NCBI GenBank assembly: GCA_002269645.1
Contig: NIVC01000646.1
Coordinates: forward strand, 186,001-250,000
Reading direction: 5' to 3'
Origin: Macrostomum lignano
Lineage: Eukaryota
Length of the DNA: 64,000 nucleotides
Position numbers and translations under genes: made by a program. Positions 37,788-49,976 of the stretch are shown here, one piece after another; the stretch's first letter is position 1, and the number at the start of each line of letters is the position of its first letter. The notes under the pieces were generated by a model. The model did not search any database, had not been told where the DNA came from, and saw only the letters and a list, made by a program, of their open reading frames with translations.

Positions 37788-38900
37788 GGCAAGGGAGAGT
37801 GCAACTTCTGCAAAATTTGAGACGCAAAAGCTAATACAGCTCTGAGAAAATTCGGTCTAATGTAGGATAACTTCGGTAACAAATGTAGGATATTTTAATC
37901 CCATGAAAGCCAATTATAGCGACCATAGAGCGACGAAAGAATGTGTACTCCAAGCTTTTCATGCGAATTTTATTACCATAGTTGGGCTGGGCTCGAACCC
38001 AATGGGTTAAAGCACATCCTTACAATTACATAGAAAACCTTATGTGCCTATATTAGCTTTCCATGATAATTAAGCTGAAAACACAGACGACTGACAGTTG
38101 TGTGCTTATTCAGGTCAATTTTTTCAATTTCATTCTTAAATTCAATTGCTGATAAGTCAAACTATAGCTAGAGGTTGTATAGGATTGTTTGTTGGAATTA
38201 CAGAAATGGGACTGGCATCCCAATTTGCCAGGATTCCGGAATTTTAGGAACAGGATTGAACCACTGTCATACCTCTAACTGCAAATAACACTTGAACTTC
38301 ATATTCAAAACCTTATACAAATTAATATTTATAAAACAAACTATAGGATCTTAGCAACTATCAGACTATGATTTCTAATTTTAAATGAACATTATATCCT
38401 TATAATTCTATTTGAAAAATTCTAATAAAATAAACATTTAAGTCTATTTTTCAACAGTTCAAAATTAGCAAAATACATATAGATGTATAATCATTAAACT
38501 TCCCTAGGCTTTGGTATATGCCAGCAATGTTTCATCATAATCTAATTTACTAGTTTGTATATTTAATCTATAAGTCTGTAAATATCAAACAAAAATTTAG
38601 ATTACTAACCTATCAGATAATCCTTATATCTTAGAATACAAGCCTAATTAGTAGGTCGAATTATACTTTTAACTTTTTATTATACATATTAGCTTAAAAT
38701 AAATACCTTACTAAATGAAACGACAAACTAATTTTGATTAATAAATCAAATACATAACATAATGTATACATTTATATGCTCACTCTAATGGGTCAACACT
38801 TTACCCCATACATTATACCATTTTTATTAATTTTCAACAACTTTGCAAGTCATATGTACTAAACATATTAGGGATGCTTTATAATGCAAATTGAGATTGA

Positions 38901-39290
38901 GGGGGCTGTAGCCCAGCGGTAGCGCAGCTGCTCTGGTGTGCCAGCAACCTAGGCTTGATTCCAAGTGCAGTCACATTAATTTGGGGCTGAATTAGAATCT
39001 CGGCTTAGCTTTTCTCATGCAATTAACAGTCTTGAGAGCCAACCCCCAAGGCGCAGTGAAGTGTACATGCCTAACGATAATATAAAGTTAGGGCCCCTGT
39101 ACACTCCTGTGAGTGTGTGCCTGCGTACATATCCACGCGCTTGTATGCCTGCTCAGGGGAGTCAGCGGAATGGGCAGTAATGCCTCTTGCCAGTTGTGTG
39201 CCTATGTTGCTTAAAGTGCGCCAGGGTGCAAACAACCCCCTGCCTCTAATAATAAAATAATGGGGACTAGATTGGTAGGCTTTTGGTATT
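38901..39290 (+). mobile_element. tRNA-derived SINE flanked by a 53-bp direct repeat
   Basis: tRNA-like head GGGGCTGTAGCCCAGCGG with degenerate B-box GGCTTGATTCC; body resembles 59700-59920; direct repeats at 38842-38894 and 39367-39419 (1 mismatch). Confidence 0.7.
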
Positions 39291-42200
39291 AGAGGTTACT
39301 AACCTCAATATATTAAAACTGATATTGTTTGTATGTGTGTATGTTCAATAACTTTTCACTAGACTATTTGCAAGTCATATGTACTAAACATATTAGGGAT
39401 GCTTTGTAATGCAAATTGATAGATAACATACAAACCTTAGAGATTTAGTATATTTAGAAAGTACAATATTTAAAATACAATAAGTATTTTTACTTACTTT
39501 TAAGTAAACAAGTACTTTTAAGTGACTTAAATAGACTTACAATAAGTAAGTACATATTTTAAGTACACAAGAACTTTTTGACTTTACTCAATACTTGAAC
39601 ATTAGGAAATATAATTAAAAATTCTTTAAGATCAAATATTTGAGTATTCATCAAGTTTTCAATTTAATTGAATATGAATTTAAATATTTATTCTAATATA
39701 TGTAAAAAACTGTATATAAATGCATATGCTAAAAATTTCTTTTAATATATATATTTAAAACTATAAACTATTTATATTTATCTGAAAATTTTAACAAAAG
39801 TAGCAATGGTATATAAATATATAAAAAACTATAGCCTTTTTCCTAATAAATAATAAATAATAAATAATAAATAAATAAATTGCTATTTTTGTATGTTTTA
39901 CTACTTTATTGCTAGCTATTATTTTTATTAGACCAGTGGTATAGCCAAAAAAAGAGGTCTAATGGGCCCCTTGAAATTACCCCTCCTTAATTCTCAAGAA
40001 AAAATCCCCCCAAGCCAAAATTTTCTGCTTATGAAAACATCCCTTTATCTAGATGCTTATTGAGCCCATGAAATAAATTCCTAACTATTCCATTGCATTA
40101 GATACAATAGGAGATGAAAATGTAATATAATTCTAGTTTCTCGCATCAAATTATTTTAAGAATTATTTTTTATTTGATTTTTTTTAAGAATTTTTTTAAG
40201 AATTATTTTTTTAACTGATTTGGCAGCCAACCAAGGAAGTTGCAAAAATGCCCATCCAAAAAAACACCTAAGTAGTAGTACTAAGTAGCTGATGAGGCAT
40301 TTTGGCTTAAAAGACAATCATAGTTACTTTTGCCATTTACCCAAAGTTGCGTTAATTTTGCTTTAGGATTTTTTTACATGTAAGCTGCATTTTTTTACCA
40401 AAAACTACATTGCATTTTTGTTAAACTAAGTTGCATGGCCAACCAAATTTTGGAGGTTGTGTATGTATGCACTTTACTATAAAGTTTTAGCTTATTTTCT
40501 GACTATTTTCAAAGTGAACTAAAAGATAGCAGAGTTTTAAACTAAAAATGCTTATGAAATGTATAAATATTGATCTATTATTTTAACTTTTGATCTAATC
40601 CAAATTTTACTTAAGTTTTTAATGTTACTGCATATTAGTGCTTTAGCTGTATATAAATCAAAATGTAAGAATGTAGTCTTAAAAAATAAAAAAATGAAAT
40701 TAAAAATTATATTGTAGCTTTGCATAATGTGTACTCCAAAATTATGCTGAAATATATTCCCACACATGTGACACCTTCCTGAGTATGGATTCATGGCCAT
40801 CAAAAAATTGAAACTAAGGTTGACAATTTTTCTTTTTTATTCATTAAATTATTTTTCATTTGAAATGAGACAGGCATCAATAATAGCTTTAATACTTTTA
40901 AATTTTACTCATTTTAGGTTTGCCTTTCTTAGAAAAAGCTTATTCAAATTTGCGCGAAATATTGTTTGTTTGAATGTTGTGGTTTGCAAAAATATTTCTG
41001 TAATTATTATTTTGTTTAAACTGTAACGAATTTTGGGTATAAATAGACGTGCTGAGCAGACTTGATGAAGCAACTGTTTGCTGCCTCTTGGTTTTTGATA
41101 AGCAAATTTAGTTCATTCTAAATATTGAAATTGCTTAAAGACTTAATCATTTCTTAGAGTATAAGAACCCCAATTGGGAGTATCAGAAACCGCTACTAGC
41201 AAGAAACCGCCTCAGGGCAGTAAATTGTAAATTCGCCTCAGGGCAGGAGAACCGCTTCATAGCGAGAGAAGATCGCCTCAGGGCATAAAGGGAGCATAAG
41301 CTGTGACCCTCTGATCCAGGGAACGCCCAGGACTGAGAGAATAATATTTTTAGGGGAAGTATAGGAATAGAATAGACAGTGCTATTAGACCGCTCAGGCC
41401 AGAAAATACAATAGAAGTACATACGCTACCAATAGAAGTACATACGCTACCAATAGAAGTACATGCACTACTAGTAGAAAGACAATTAATAACCAGTATA
41501 ATTGTTAAGGAGAAATAACTTTATTACAACTTTGGTGGCATTTAGTGGTATTCTAGGTGCACAGGAATCCCCCCTGTAACAACTGTGGTGGCAGCTAATA
41601 TGGCTAGCAAAAGAATAATTAAGAGCCCTGGGACAGCTTTTGGTGGCATAACGGTGGAATTCTCAGAGAGCCAAAAGGCCTGTAACAACTTGGTAACAGC
41701 AGTGGGATATTATTAAGAAGGAAGCAAAACCTCTAGTACAACTTAGTGACAGCAGTGAAATCATTTGTAGGGACAGAAGTTAACCCCTAGTAAAGAAATA
41801 AAATAATTATGACATAAAACTACTAAAAATAATGAAATTAGGTCACAAAGACCTAATGCTCAAAAAACTTAGAACAATTTAGAACTCAAAAAACAACTGT
41901 CTATGTTCAAAAAGAGTGATAGAATTAAAGCAAACAACTTTGAAATTTCAGTTTTATGGTTCAGTTTAACTTGTGCAATTTAGCTTAGGTCTATTTAAAT
42001 TGATTCTGTTGCATTTATATGTGCAACCCTTTGACTGACATTGACTATATAACTTACTTTTTGACCAAAAAATGTGACTTACTTTAATTAATTTTATTTT
42101 AAATTAATTTATTAATTTTCATTTAATTTTTTTATATTAAACTTCTATATGCTTAAAATCTTTTTTACAGTTTTTTTTTACAATTTTTAATGTAGAAAAA

Positions 42201-42419
42201 ACTGATTTTAACTTTGTGTTCTATATGCAAAACTACATGTAAAGAGAGAAAATTTTAATAAGAAATTAAGAAATAAAAAATTAAAGAAATTAAATAAGAA
42301 AGTTAGAACATTAGTTAGAGGATTAGATAAATGAGAATGCTACTAACATAGAGTAGATATGCTACCAACAGTGGTCTTAGCAAGTAGGTCATTGATTTTT
42401 TGCACCATTCTATTTTTTG

Positions 42420-44450
42420 CACCTAGCTTAAAGTCACGTGGCATGCATAACCTGCATAACTTGCAGGCGCGCTGTTTTTTTTTACTGGCTGCTGCTCTAG
42501 CAAATACATATACATGGAAATGGGTATAATACCTCTGTTGAAGGGGCTTATACACTTGTAATTTATTAAGCTTAGAGATGTTCCAAAAATTCAATTTCAA
42601 TTTTCCAAAATTTGAAATTTTTTAGAGCGAATTTCAATTTAGAAAAAAATTTAGAAGTGAAAATTTTGGTAGTGTCTAAAAAGTCACTAAAAATAAACTA
42701 CTTTCTACTTTCTACTACTTATACATATATTACTTTTTACTTTTTGTAAAAAAGTGAGTGTTAATCATACTAAACTTTGTTTTTCTGAATTATGATTTCG
42801 GGAAATTTCAATTTTGATTTTGGAAAGTTAGCGAATTCTGATTTTGACGAAGCTGCAGATCTTTTGGAACATCTCTAATAATCTTAAAGCGTGGTAAAAT
42901 AGTTTGACTCTTTTCTAAAGCGCGCGTCCGTGGGTTTTTAACATTTATTCCAATAGGGAAAATGCAAACTGCATTGATGATTGATGCAACTACAACTACC
43001 TGACAGCAAAATTTAGCATACATGTATCTCCTATACTGCTTTCAGAAATTAATAATTTCAGCAGACAAGGATTACAAATAAAATATTAGTAGCATTTTAG
43101 TTTGAACTATTTGATTAAAATAAAAAAATTAGAACAAAATGTGAGGAACTGCAAAAAATAGCAAGAAGTCAGACAAGACCTACTGCTAAATTAACAATAA
43201 AACATAATTAATCTGTTTTATTAATGAAATTTGATTTTAACAGCCTATGCAGACTAAATAACAGACTTTAACAGACTAAATAATTTAAAATTTGAAGATT
43301 GAAAAGTGTTAGACATTAATATATTAATTCCATTTCAATTTAAGTAGTGCTAAATAAAATTTCAGCATTTAAACCATAGATTGCATTTGGTCTTGATCTG
43401 GGCAGAGGCAAAGAGTTCTATAAGTAGCAACCTAGAGTGGAAACGAGTTTTTCAGTTTTACCTCATAAGGCCAGACTAGCATAGACAAAGTCAGACAGAG
43501 CCATAGACATTCAGTGCTGGCTTTTATCTTCACAATTGGCATGGCCTCATGAAGTAAAACTCGCTTCTGCTCTAGATTGCTAATTATAGAACTCCTTGGC
43601 AGCTGCTACTTAGCATTAGCAATGCTTACACCATTTTACCTCCTTTTCTGAACAATTTTTTCTTGCATTTTACTGGCTCCATTGTCCCTTCATAATGTAC
43701 TATGGATTAAAGAAACTGTTTTTTTTTCCAATCGGAGTTACTTAGCTCTAATTTTGCACCAATCAGTTGTGAAAAATTTGCACCATACAGTGGCGAAAAA
43801 TTTGTGCCATTGCTCTAAAATTTGCACATTCATGCCTCATTTCTGCCAGGCGCAAATTTGCATTTCACTGGGACCACTGGCTACCAAAATATACCCTATT
43901 AGAATAAATGTTGAAAATCTGTAGACACATGTTTTAGAATAGAGTCAAATTATTTTACCACACTTTAGCATCATTAGAAATGTTTAAAAGAGTATTTTCT
44001 GTTGAAATTAAAACTTAATAACTTTCTAAAATCAAAATTGAAATTTTCCAAAATTAAAATTAGAAAAATAAAGTTATAATACAAACAAAACTCACTTTTT
44101 TACTTTTGATTTATTGCTTATACAAAACAAAACAAATGTATATGTAGCAGAAATTAGTTTATTTTTAGTCATTTTAGACACTTACAAATTTTTGACTTGA
44201 AAATTTTTAAAAAATTGTAATTCACTCATAAAAATGTCAAATTTAGGAAAATCAAAATAAAAATCTTATAATATTTTTAAGTATTATAAATGACAAGTGT
44301 ATAAGCCCTTTTTACAGATATTAGGCCCCTTCCATATATATTTGTTTGCTAGAGCAATAGCCGTTAAGAAGGAACAGGGCACGCACATAGGCGCGCAGCT
44401 TGTTTACACTGCACTTTAGAAAAATTTTAAAAGTGCACCAGACACCATCT
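42420..44450. mobile_element. Foldback-like element with long diverged inverted arms
   Basis: ~42430-42960 aligns as reverse complement to ~43895-44420; a nested inverted pair lies at ~43405-43478 and ~43541-43610; no ORF. Confidence 0.6.
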
Positions 44451-46682
44451 GCAGTTTTACAACTTTTTCCTTTAGGGCCAATATAAGGGATTTCTAATGC
44501 TTAGAATAATATTCAGAAAAATACTCAAAATAATACTAAAATAAATATTACAACTTATACCAAGATTAATTCTTAGACTAATATTTAAACAAAAACTTAG
44601 ATAATTACTTAGACAAATTCTAAGTTAGAAAACTAAAGCCCTTGCCTTAGTAACAACTTGGTAATAGCTTTGTAAGACATTTACAGAGATAAAAACAAAC
44701 CTTTTATTACACTTTTAATGATAGGTAAAGAATCATTTATTAAGATAGAAGAAACTCTACATCAACTTTGATGGTATTAATAAGATATAATCATTAGAGG
44801 TAAAAAAACCCTATGACAACTTTGGTGGCAACAATGGGATTATTATTAAAGACAGAAGTTTACCCCTTTTACACTAGGCCCATACATGTTTTCTATAATT
44901 TAAGACCATTTAATTTAGTTTAAGATTAGTATAAACAGAGATAGAGAACTTAAAAAAATAAAAATCATATACTTTCATTCTATTCTAATATATGATCTTA
45001 ACTTTAAAGCTATAACCACACTCCAGATCAAGTAGTATATGCCTGAAAATTTGGGCGTGCATTGGCCTTGCACGCCAAAATTGGGCATGCACAGTTGGCG
45101 TGCATTATTGCTGAGAAAAAAGTATGCGTACACACCTGGCATGTACTTTATAGAATAATGCGTAAGAGTTATTGTAAAGTAGAAAAAAGATGAAAAAAGT
45201 TCATTTTAGGTGCAAATTTCAAGCTTTCCAGTTTTTTCCAGCTTGTAAAAGAGTATTTAAACAAATCTTTGCGGGTATAAACTTTCCCAACTTGCAACAA
45301 ACTTGCCCAAAAAGCCTTTAAAACAACAAAAATTATTTAATAATAAGGCTCTATTATGAAATTTAAAAAAGGTATTTTATTGTCACAATGTAAAAAGGTC
45401 ATTTATTGTTGCAAAACCGACGTGTTTTTGAGAATAGGCGTGCACTAATTTTTTTGGCATGCATTTGTAATTATTCTGAATATTCAATTTTTGTTCGGGC
45501 GTGCACCCAGCATGATCTGGACTATGGAGCTATAAGTATAACTCTATATGAAAAAAAAATTATTAGGCCTATGCAAATATATTCAATTTAATTAAAGCTG
45601 AAAAAATCTAAAAAATGATATTAAAGTAAACTTAATAAGCATTAATAAATCTTTTAACTAAAAATATTTAGTTAAAAATTCTTATTTTAATAAATTATGT
45701 TACATTCTTTAATATATTTTTGAGTTAAAAAATATCTTTGACAAAAATGTTTATAACTTTTCATTACAAAACAAAAATAATAGGTAAATCATTTTGTAAT
45801 CATGTTATTATCTTCTTTGATATTTGATAAAAATCTCTAAAATTATAAATTATAAACTTTCAAAATCTCACTGAAGTCTCTATAAAAAGCATAAGATTTT
45901 TGCTATTTGAATTTTATAAGCAGCTTTTTTGGTTTTTCAAAGCAGTTTTCATTTGTAATAAAACATGTAAAAATACATTTTATAGACCCTTGTTCTTTCT
46001 TTAATGACAATGTTATTATAGTGTTTAGTGGCTTTGCTTTTAAATGCAACATTTTTTTACATATAACAAGTGCAATATGCAACATATTCCATCCTGACTA
46101 TATTAGTGATACTAGTAATGGCAATGCTGCAATATCTAGTCTAGTCTAGGATTCTAAAACTAAAGTGTCTTAAAATCTAATATTGACCTAACGATATTAC
46201 GATTTAGTAAGAAATATTAATATTTAATATGTTAACTTAATTAATTATTAATCAAGCAAATTCACGCTTAGAAATAAATAATCCGAGATAGGGCCAGGGC
46301 CCCAGTTCATTACCTTACGTACCGTTGCGTCGATGACAGAACCTGTCCTTCGCAAACAAAATGGACAAACCAGAACAATAAAAATTAAATAGGAAAAGGT
46401 AAAACAAAAACGACTATTATTATTGATGATTATATTATTTTTTGACATTATTTGTCTAAATTGAAAAATATTTTCACAAGACGAAAATGACTCTTTTCTG
46501 TATTTTTTATTTACTTTTTGAGGTGCTCTGTTACAAAAAACGCGATTAATGGCTAATGTGCATGGGTCAAATCGAACATTAGTTGAATGTTTTTCACAGC
46601 GTCGTTCTTGATCAGACCAAGAAAAAATTATTTAATTGCTTCACTTTTTATTCTTTACTTTACTACTAACCAACTTCGGTAT

Positions 46683-46734
46683 ACTCTGACCAAGGACCAC
46701 TAGAACGTAACTTCTAGTGGTCCTTGACTCTGAC
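46683..46734. mobile_element. 36-bp perfect hairpin flanked by an 8-bp target-site duplication
   Basis: ACTCTGAC (46683-46690) + CAAGGACCACTAGAA-CGTAAC-TTCTAGTGGTCCTTG + ACTCTGAC (46727-46734). Confidence 0.75.
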
Positions 46735-47225
46735 ATGTATACAGTCGAAGTTGTAACATGTAAAGCTACATGTAATGACACGTAGCTTTATTTTCATCCG
46801 ACTCAAAATTTATTCTTATCGTTGTAAAGTGTACATAAATGTTAAGTGTAAAGGTTAAGGTAGTCTGTGAGCATCCGACAACCGACAACCCTTCTAAGGA
46901 TAAAACGCATCCAAAATTTTTACACAAATCAAGCAATAAAGCGGAAATACCTTTATGAATATTAAAAAAAATATTTCTTTGAAAATATTGTCATTGTGCC
47001 GCGAAATGAATTCAAAATGTTCGTATCTCGATCCGCTACAGTATTTCTCACATCCGTGGCTATATTGTGCGGCGCTATTGAAATTGTACTCTGTTTTTCT
47101 CACGTACATGTACACAGTGTTAGCGTGCGCGTGCCAACCCTGCCAACGCATCTGTATGGTTCCTAACCCTCCGAGCTACATGTAGTTACTCGTACATGTA
47201 CATACACAATCTCCCCGAATAGGGT

Positions 47226-47395
47226 GGGGGTTGTAGCCTAGTGGTTTGAGCGTCGGACTCACGACATGAAGGTCGGGGGGTTGGATTCCCGATTTCCCTG
47301 GAACAATTTGTGTTCTTAAGCAAGACAAACTCTCTGAATAATTGCTTCAGTTCAGTACCTAGCGGTAAAATGGTTACCAGCATTAGCTAGGGTGT
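47226..47395 (+). mobile_element. tRNA-derived SINE of a second family
   Basis: A-box TAGCCTAGTGG and degenerate B-box GGTTGGATTCC, followed by TTGTGTTCTTAAGCAAGACA resembling conserved SINE core sequences. Confidence 0.6.
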
Positions 47396-47922
47396 TCCAT
47401 AGACTGAACAGCGCCGTACGCAGCCTTCAGATGCGCCGCGCAATAGCTGCGGCTGAGCTGTCGGTTGCATATCTGGCCCAATCGGGGTAGGTGTAATCAA
47501 TTATTATTATTGTGTACATATTCAAGTTACAGTGTACTCGTACATCTTGAAGCATTTTCTCGAATCTCGAAATGTCCCGAAAATGTGAATTGCAATTCCA
47601 ACTGTACCTTTAGTGTTGCCGCTATCCAAAAACTTGGTTAATTTGGAAGTTCAGCAGGTGAGAATCGAAATTCGCTTCAATCGATCATGGGTTTTCAATC
47701 GAAAAAAATGCAACTAAACGATCAATAAAGAGAAATTTCTGTTAGTGGTTTAAATTTCAAGACTTTATTTTACTTTTGAATGCTGAAAGCAGGAGCTAAA
47801 CTGTTTGCATTCGGTTCCTCGCAGGACGAGTCCAGCAGCGTGTTAACCGGCCATGGCTTAGCATTCGAACTTCAAATGAAGCGTCTCTGCAAGTGAGGAT
47901 CAGTCCGTATTTCGGCTGATGC

Positions 47923-48953
47923 TTACACCTCGCACTGAAATTCGCAGTACTTCCGGACCTCCCAGCAGGCCCGGGAGCGTCTCCAATCACTTGCTGAACA
48001 GCCGAGGATCTTCCGGCAGGCTTTGAATTCGCTTACACAGCAGTTCTGGCAAGCTGCCGGGCCAGCCCTCTCCAGACCCCCTCTCTGGCTGCACGGGGTC
48101 ACCTCAACGCCATGCCCCTCGACGGTGGCGATGGCAACAAGCAGCGACAAGAGCGCGCAGTTGAAACTGAAAATTCAGTTTAGCAGAGATACATTTACAA
48201 CAATGAGATTTTCGACTCTGTACAGAGGTTATTGGGGCACCCAGCGCTCTGCTGTCTCAGATTCTTGGTCATTTGGGGCACCCAGCGCTCTGCTGTCTCA
48301 GATTCTTGGTCATTTGGGGCACCACTTCCAGGGCTCTGCGGTCTCAGATTCTTGGTCATTTGGGGCACCCAGCGCTCTGCGGTCTCAGATTCTTGGTCAT
48401 TTGGGGCACCCAGCGCTCTGCTGTCTCAGATTCTTGGTCATTTGGGGCACCCAGCGCTCTGCTGTCTCAGATTCTTGGTCATTTGGGGCACCACTTCCAG
48501 GGCTCTGCGGTCTCAGATTCTTGGTCATTTGGGGCACCACTTCCAGGGCTCTGCGGTCTCAGATTCTTGGTCATTTGGGGCACCACTTCCAGGGCTCTGC
48601 GGTCTCAGATTCATAGTCATTTGTTGCGTCAGTCCCAGGGCTCTGCGGTCTCAGATTCTTAGTCATTTGTTGCGTCAGTCCCAGGGCTCTGCGGTCTCAG
48701 ATTCTTAGTCATTTGTTGCGTCAGTCCCAGGGCTCTGCGGTCTCAGATTCTTAGTCATTTGTTGCGTCAGTCCCAGGGCTCTGCGGTCTCATATTCTTAG
48801 CCATTTGTTGCGTCAGTCCCAGGGCTCTGCGGTCTCATATTCTAGTTGTTTTTTTCGACCGCTAAGTCTTTGGCATTAAGTTTCGTTGCTTATTAAGCTA
48901 AGAGATTATTGAACTTACACAAACTTAGAGGCTCCAGACGAGAATAAAGCCAT
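47923..48953 (-). CDS. Small secreted cysteine-rich peptide precursor (92 aa, 2 exons)
   Basis: Exons 48953-48919 (ATG..GT|GTAAGT, phase 2) and 48166-47923 (TTTTCAG|T). Protein MALFSSGASKFVFNCALLSLLVAIATVEGHGVEVTPC...CEFQCEV: hydrophobic signal-like N-terminus and 9 Cys in the predicted mature part. Confidence 0.75.
48231..48842. repeat. Intronic minisatellite of 41-47-bp related units
   Basis: Units share GCTCTGC(T/G)GTCTCAGATTCTT; the variant type changes progressively along the array. Confidence 0.93.
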
Positions 48954-49169
48954 GGATGCGAAGTATCTGCTGATAAGAATCAGGTCAAGCTATCAGTTTA
49001 TGGATCGTAGCAGGCGTCCTACTCCGCGTTCCAGCTGAATTAAAAATCATGCATCTCGTGTCCGAATTGAGATATTATGTGCAAGAAAACCGAACCCTCA
49101 TTGGCTGGCTTAAAACCAATTCGGGCTGGATTTTGGAATAGAAGTCCAGTACTATCCAGGACACTGTGG

Positions 49170-49562
49170 ACCACCAGTGTCTATGGGACACCAGTGTCTA
49201 TGGGACACCAGTGTCTATGGGACACCAGTGTCTATGGGACACCAGTGTCTATGGGACACCAGTGTCTATGGGACACCAGTGTCTATGGGACACCAGTGTC
49301 TATGGGACACCAGTGTCTATGGGATACCAGTGTCTATGGGACACCAGTGTCTATGGGATACCAGTGTCTATGGGACACCAGTGTCTATGGGATACCAGTT
49401 TCTATGGGACACCAGTGTCTATGGGACACCAGTGTCTATGGGACACCAGTGTCTATGGGACACCAGTGTCTATGGGATACCAGTTTCTATGGGACACCAG
49501 TGTCTATGGGACACCAGTGTTTGGGACACCAGTATCTATGGGACACAAATGTCTATGGGACA
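49170..49562. repeat. 17-bp minisatellite (CCAGTGTCTATGGGACA)n
   Basis: Visible tandem repeat. Confidence 0.95.
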
Positions 49563-49976
49563 GTCTACAGAATGTCCAATGTCTAGGCAGTGTGATGATA
49601 GAGTTATTTAGCACAGATGTCTAGGAAACTCGGGTGTTTTAGCCATATGCAAAACTGTTGCTCAATTTAATTATTCTTGTGAATCAAAAATGTTTTGACC
49701 GTTATGGTATCCCGCCACCAAATATAAGATAAAAGTGTAGAAAATTGTGTTTTTCAAACTGATTTGGCAATCCAAATACAAGTTTTTATGGAGTAAAACA
49801 GTCTTCAGAATAACAGTGCTCATTCAGTCCTCTAGGCCAGAAGCTTTTATCAATAATTCTCACTACAGCTCGTACAGCTGCCTGTCTCAGTTTAGAGACA
49901 GGCTGGCAAAGTCACGCAAAGACACCACTTGGATTACACCGAATCAATAATTAAATAAGAGCGTCAAGCTTTCCTA

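Noticed and set aside
38901-38975. tRNA gene
   Set aside because: A-box is present but the anticodon and T arms do not pair, and it continues into a repeat body; treated as a SINE head.
47226-47300. tRNA gene
   Set aside because: Anticodon stem mismatched and B-box degenerate; followed by SINE-like core.
40552-47383. Short 60-85 aa ORFs in the AT-rich block
   Set aside because: AT-biased composition, many with non-ATG starts, and no motifs; expected by chance.
48023-49624. Plus-strand ORFs through the 41-47-bp and 17-bp arrays
   Set aside because: Repeat translations in several frames at once; the first array lies inside a well-supported minus-strand intron.
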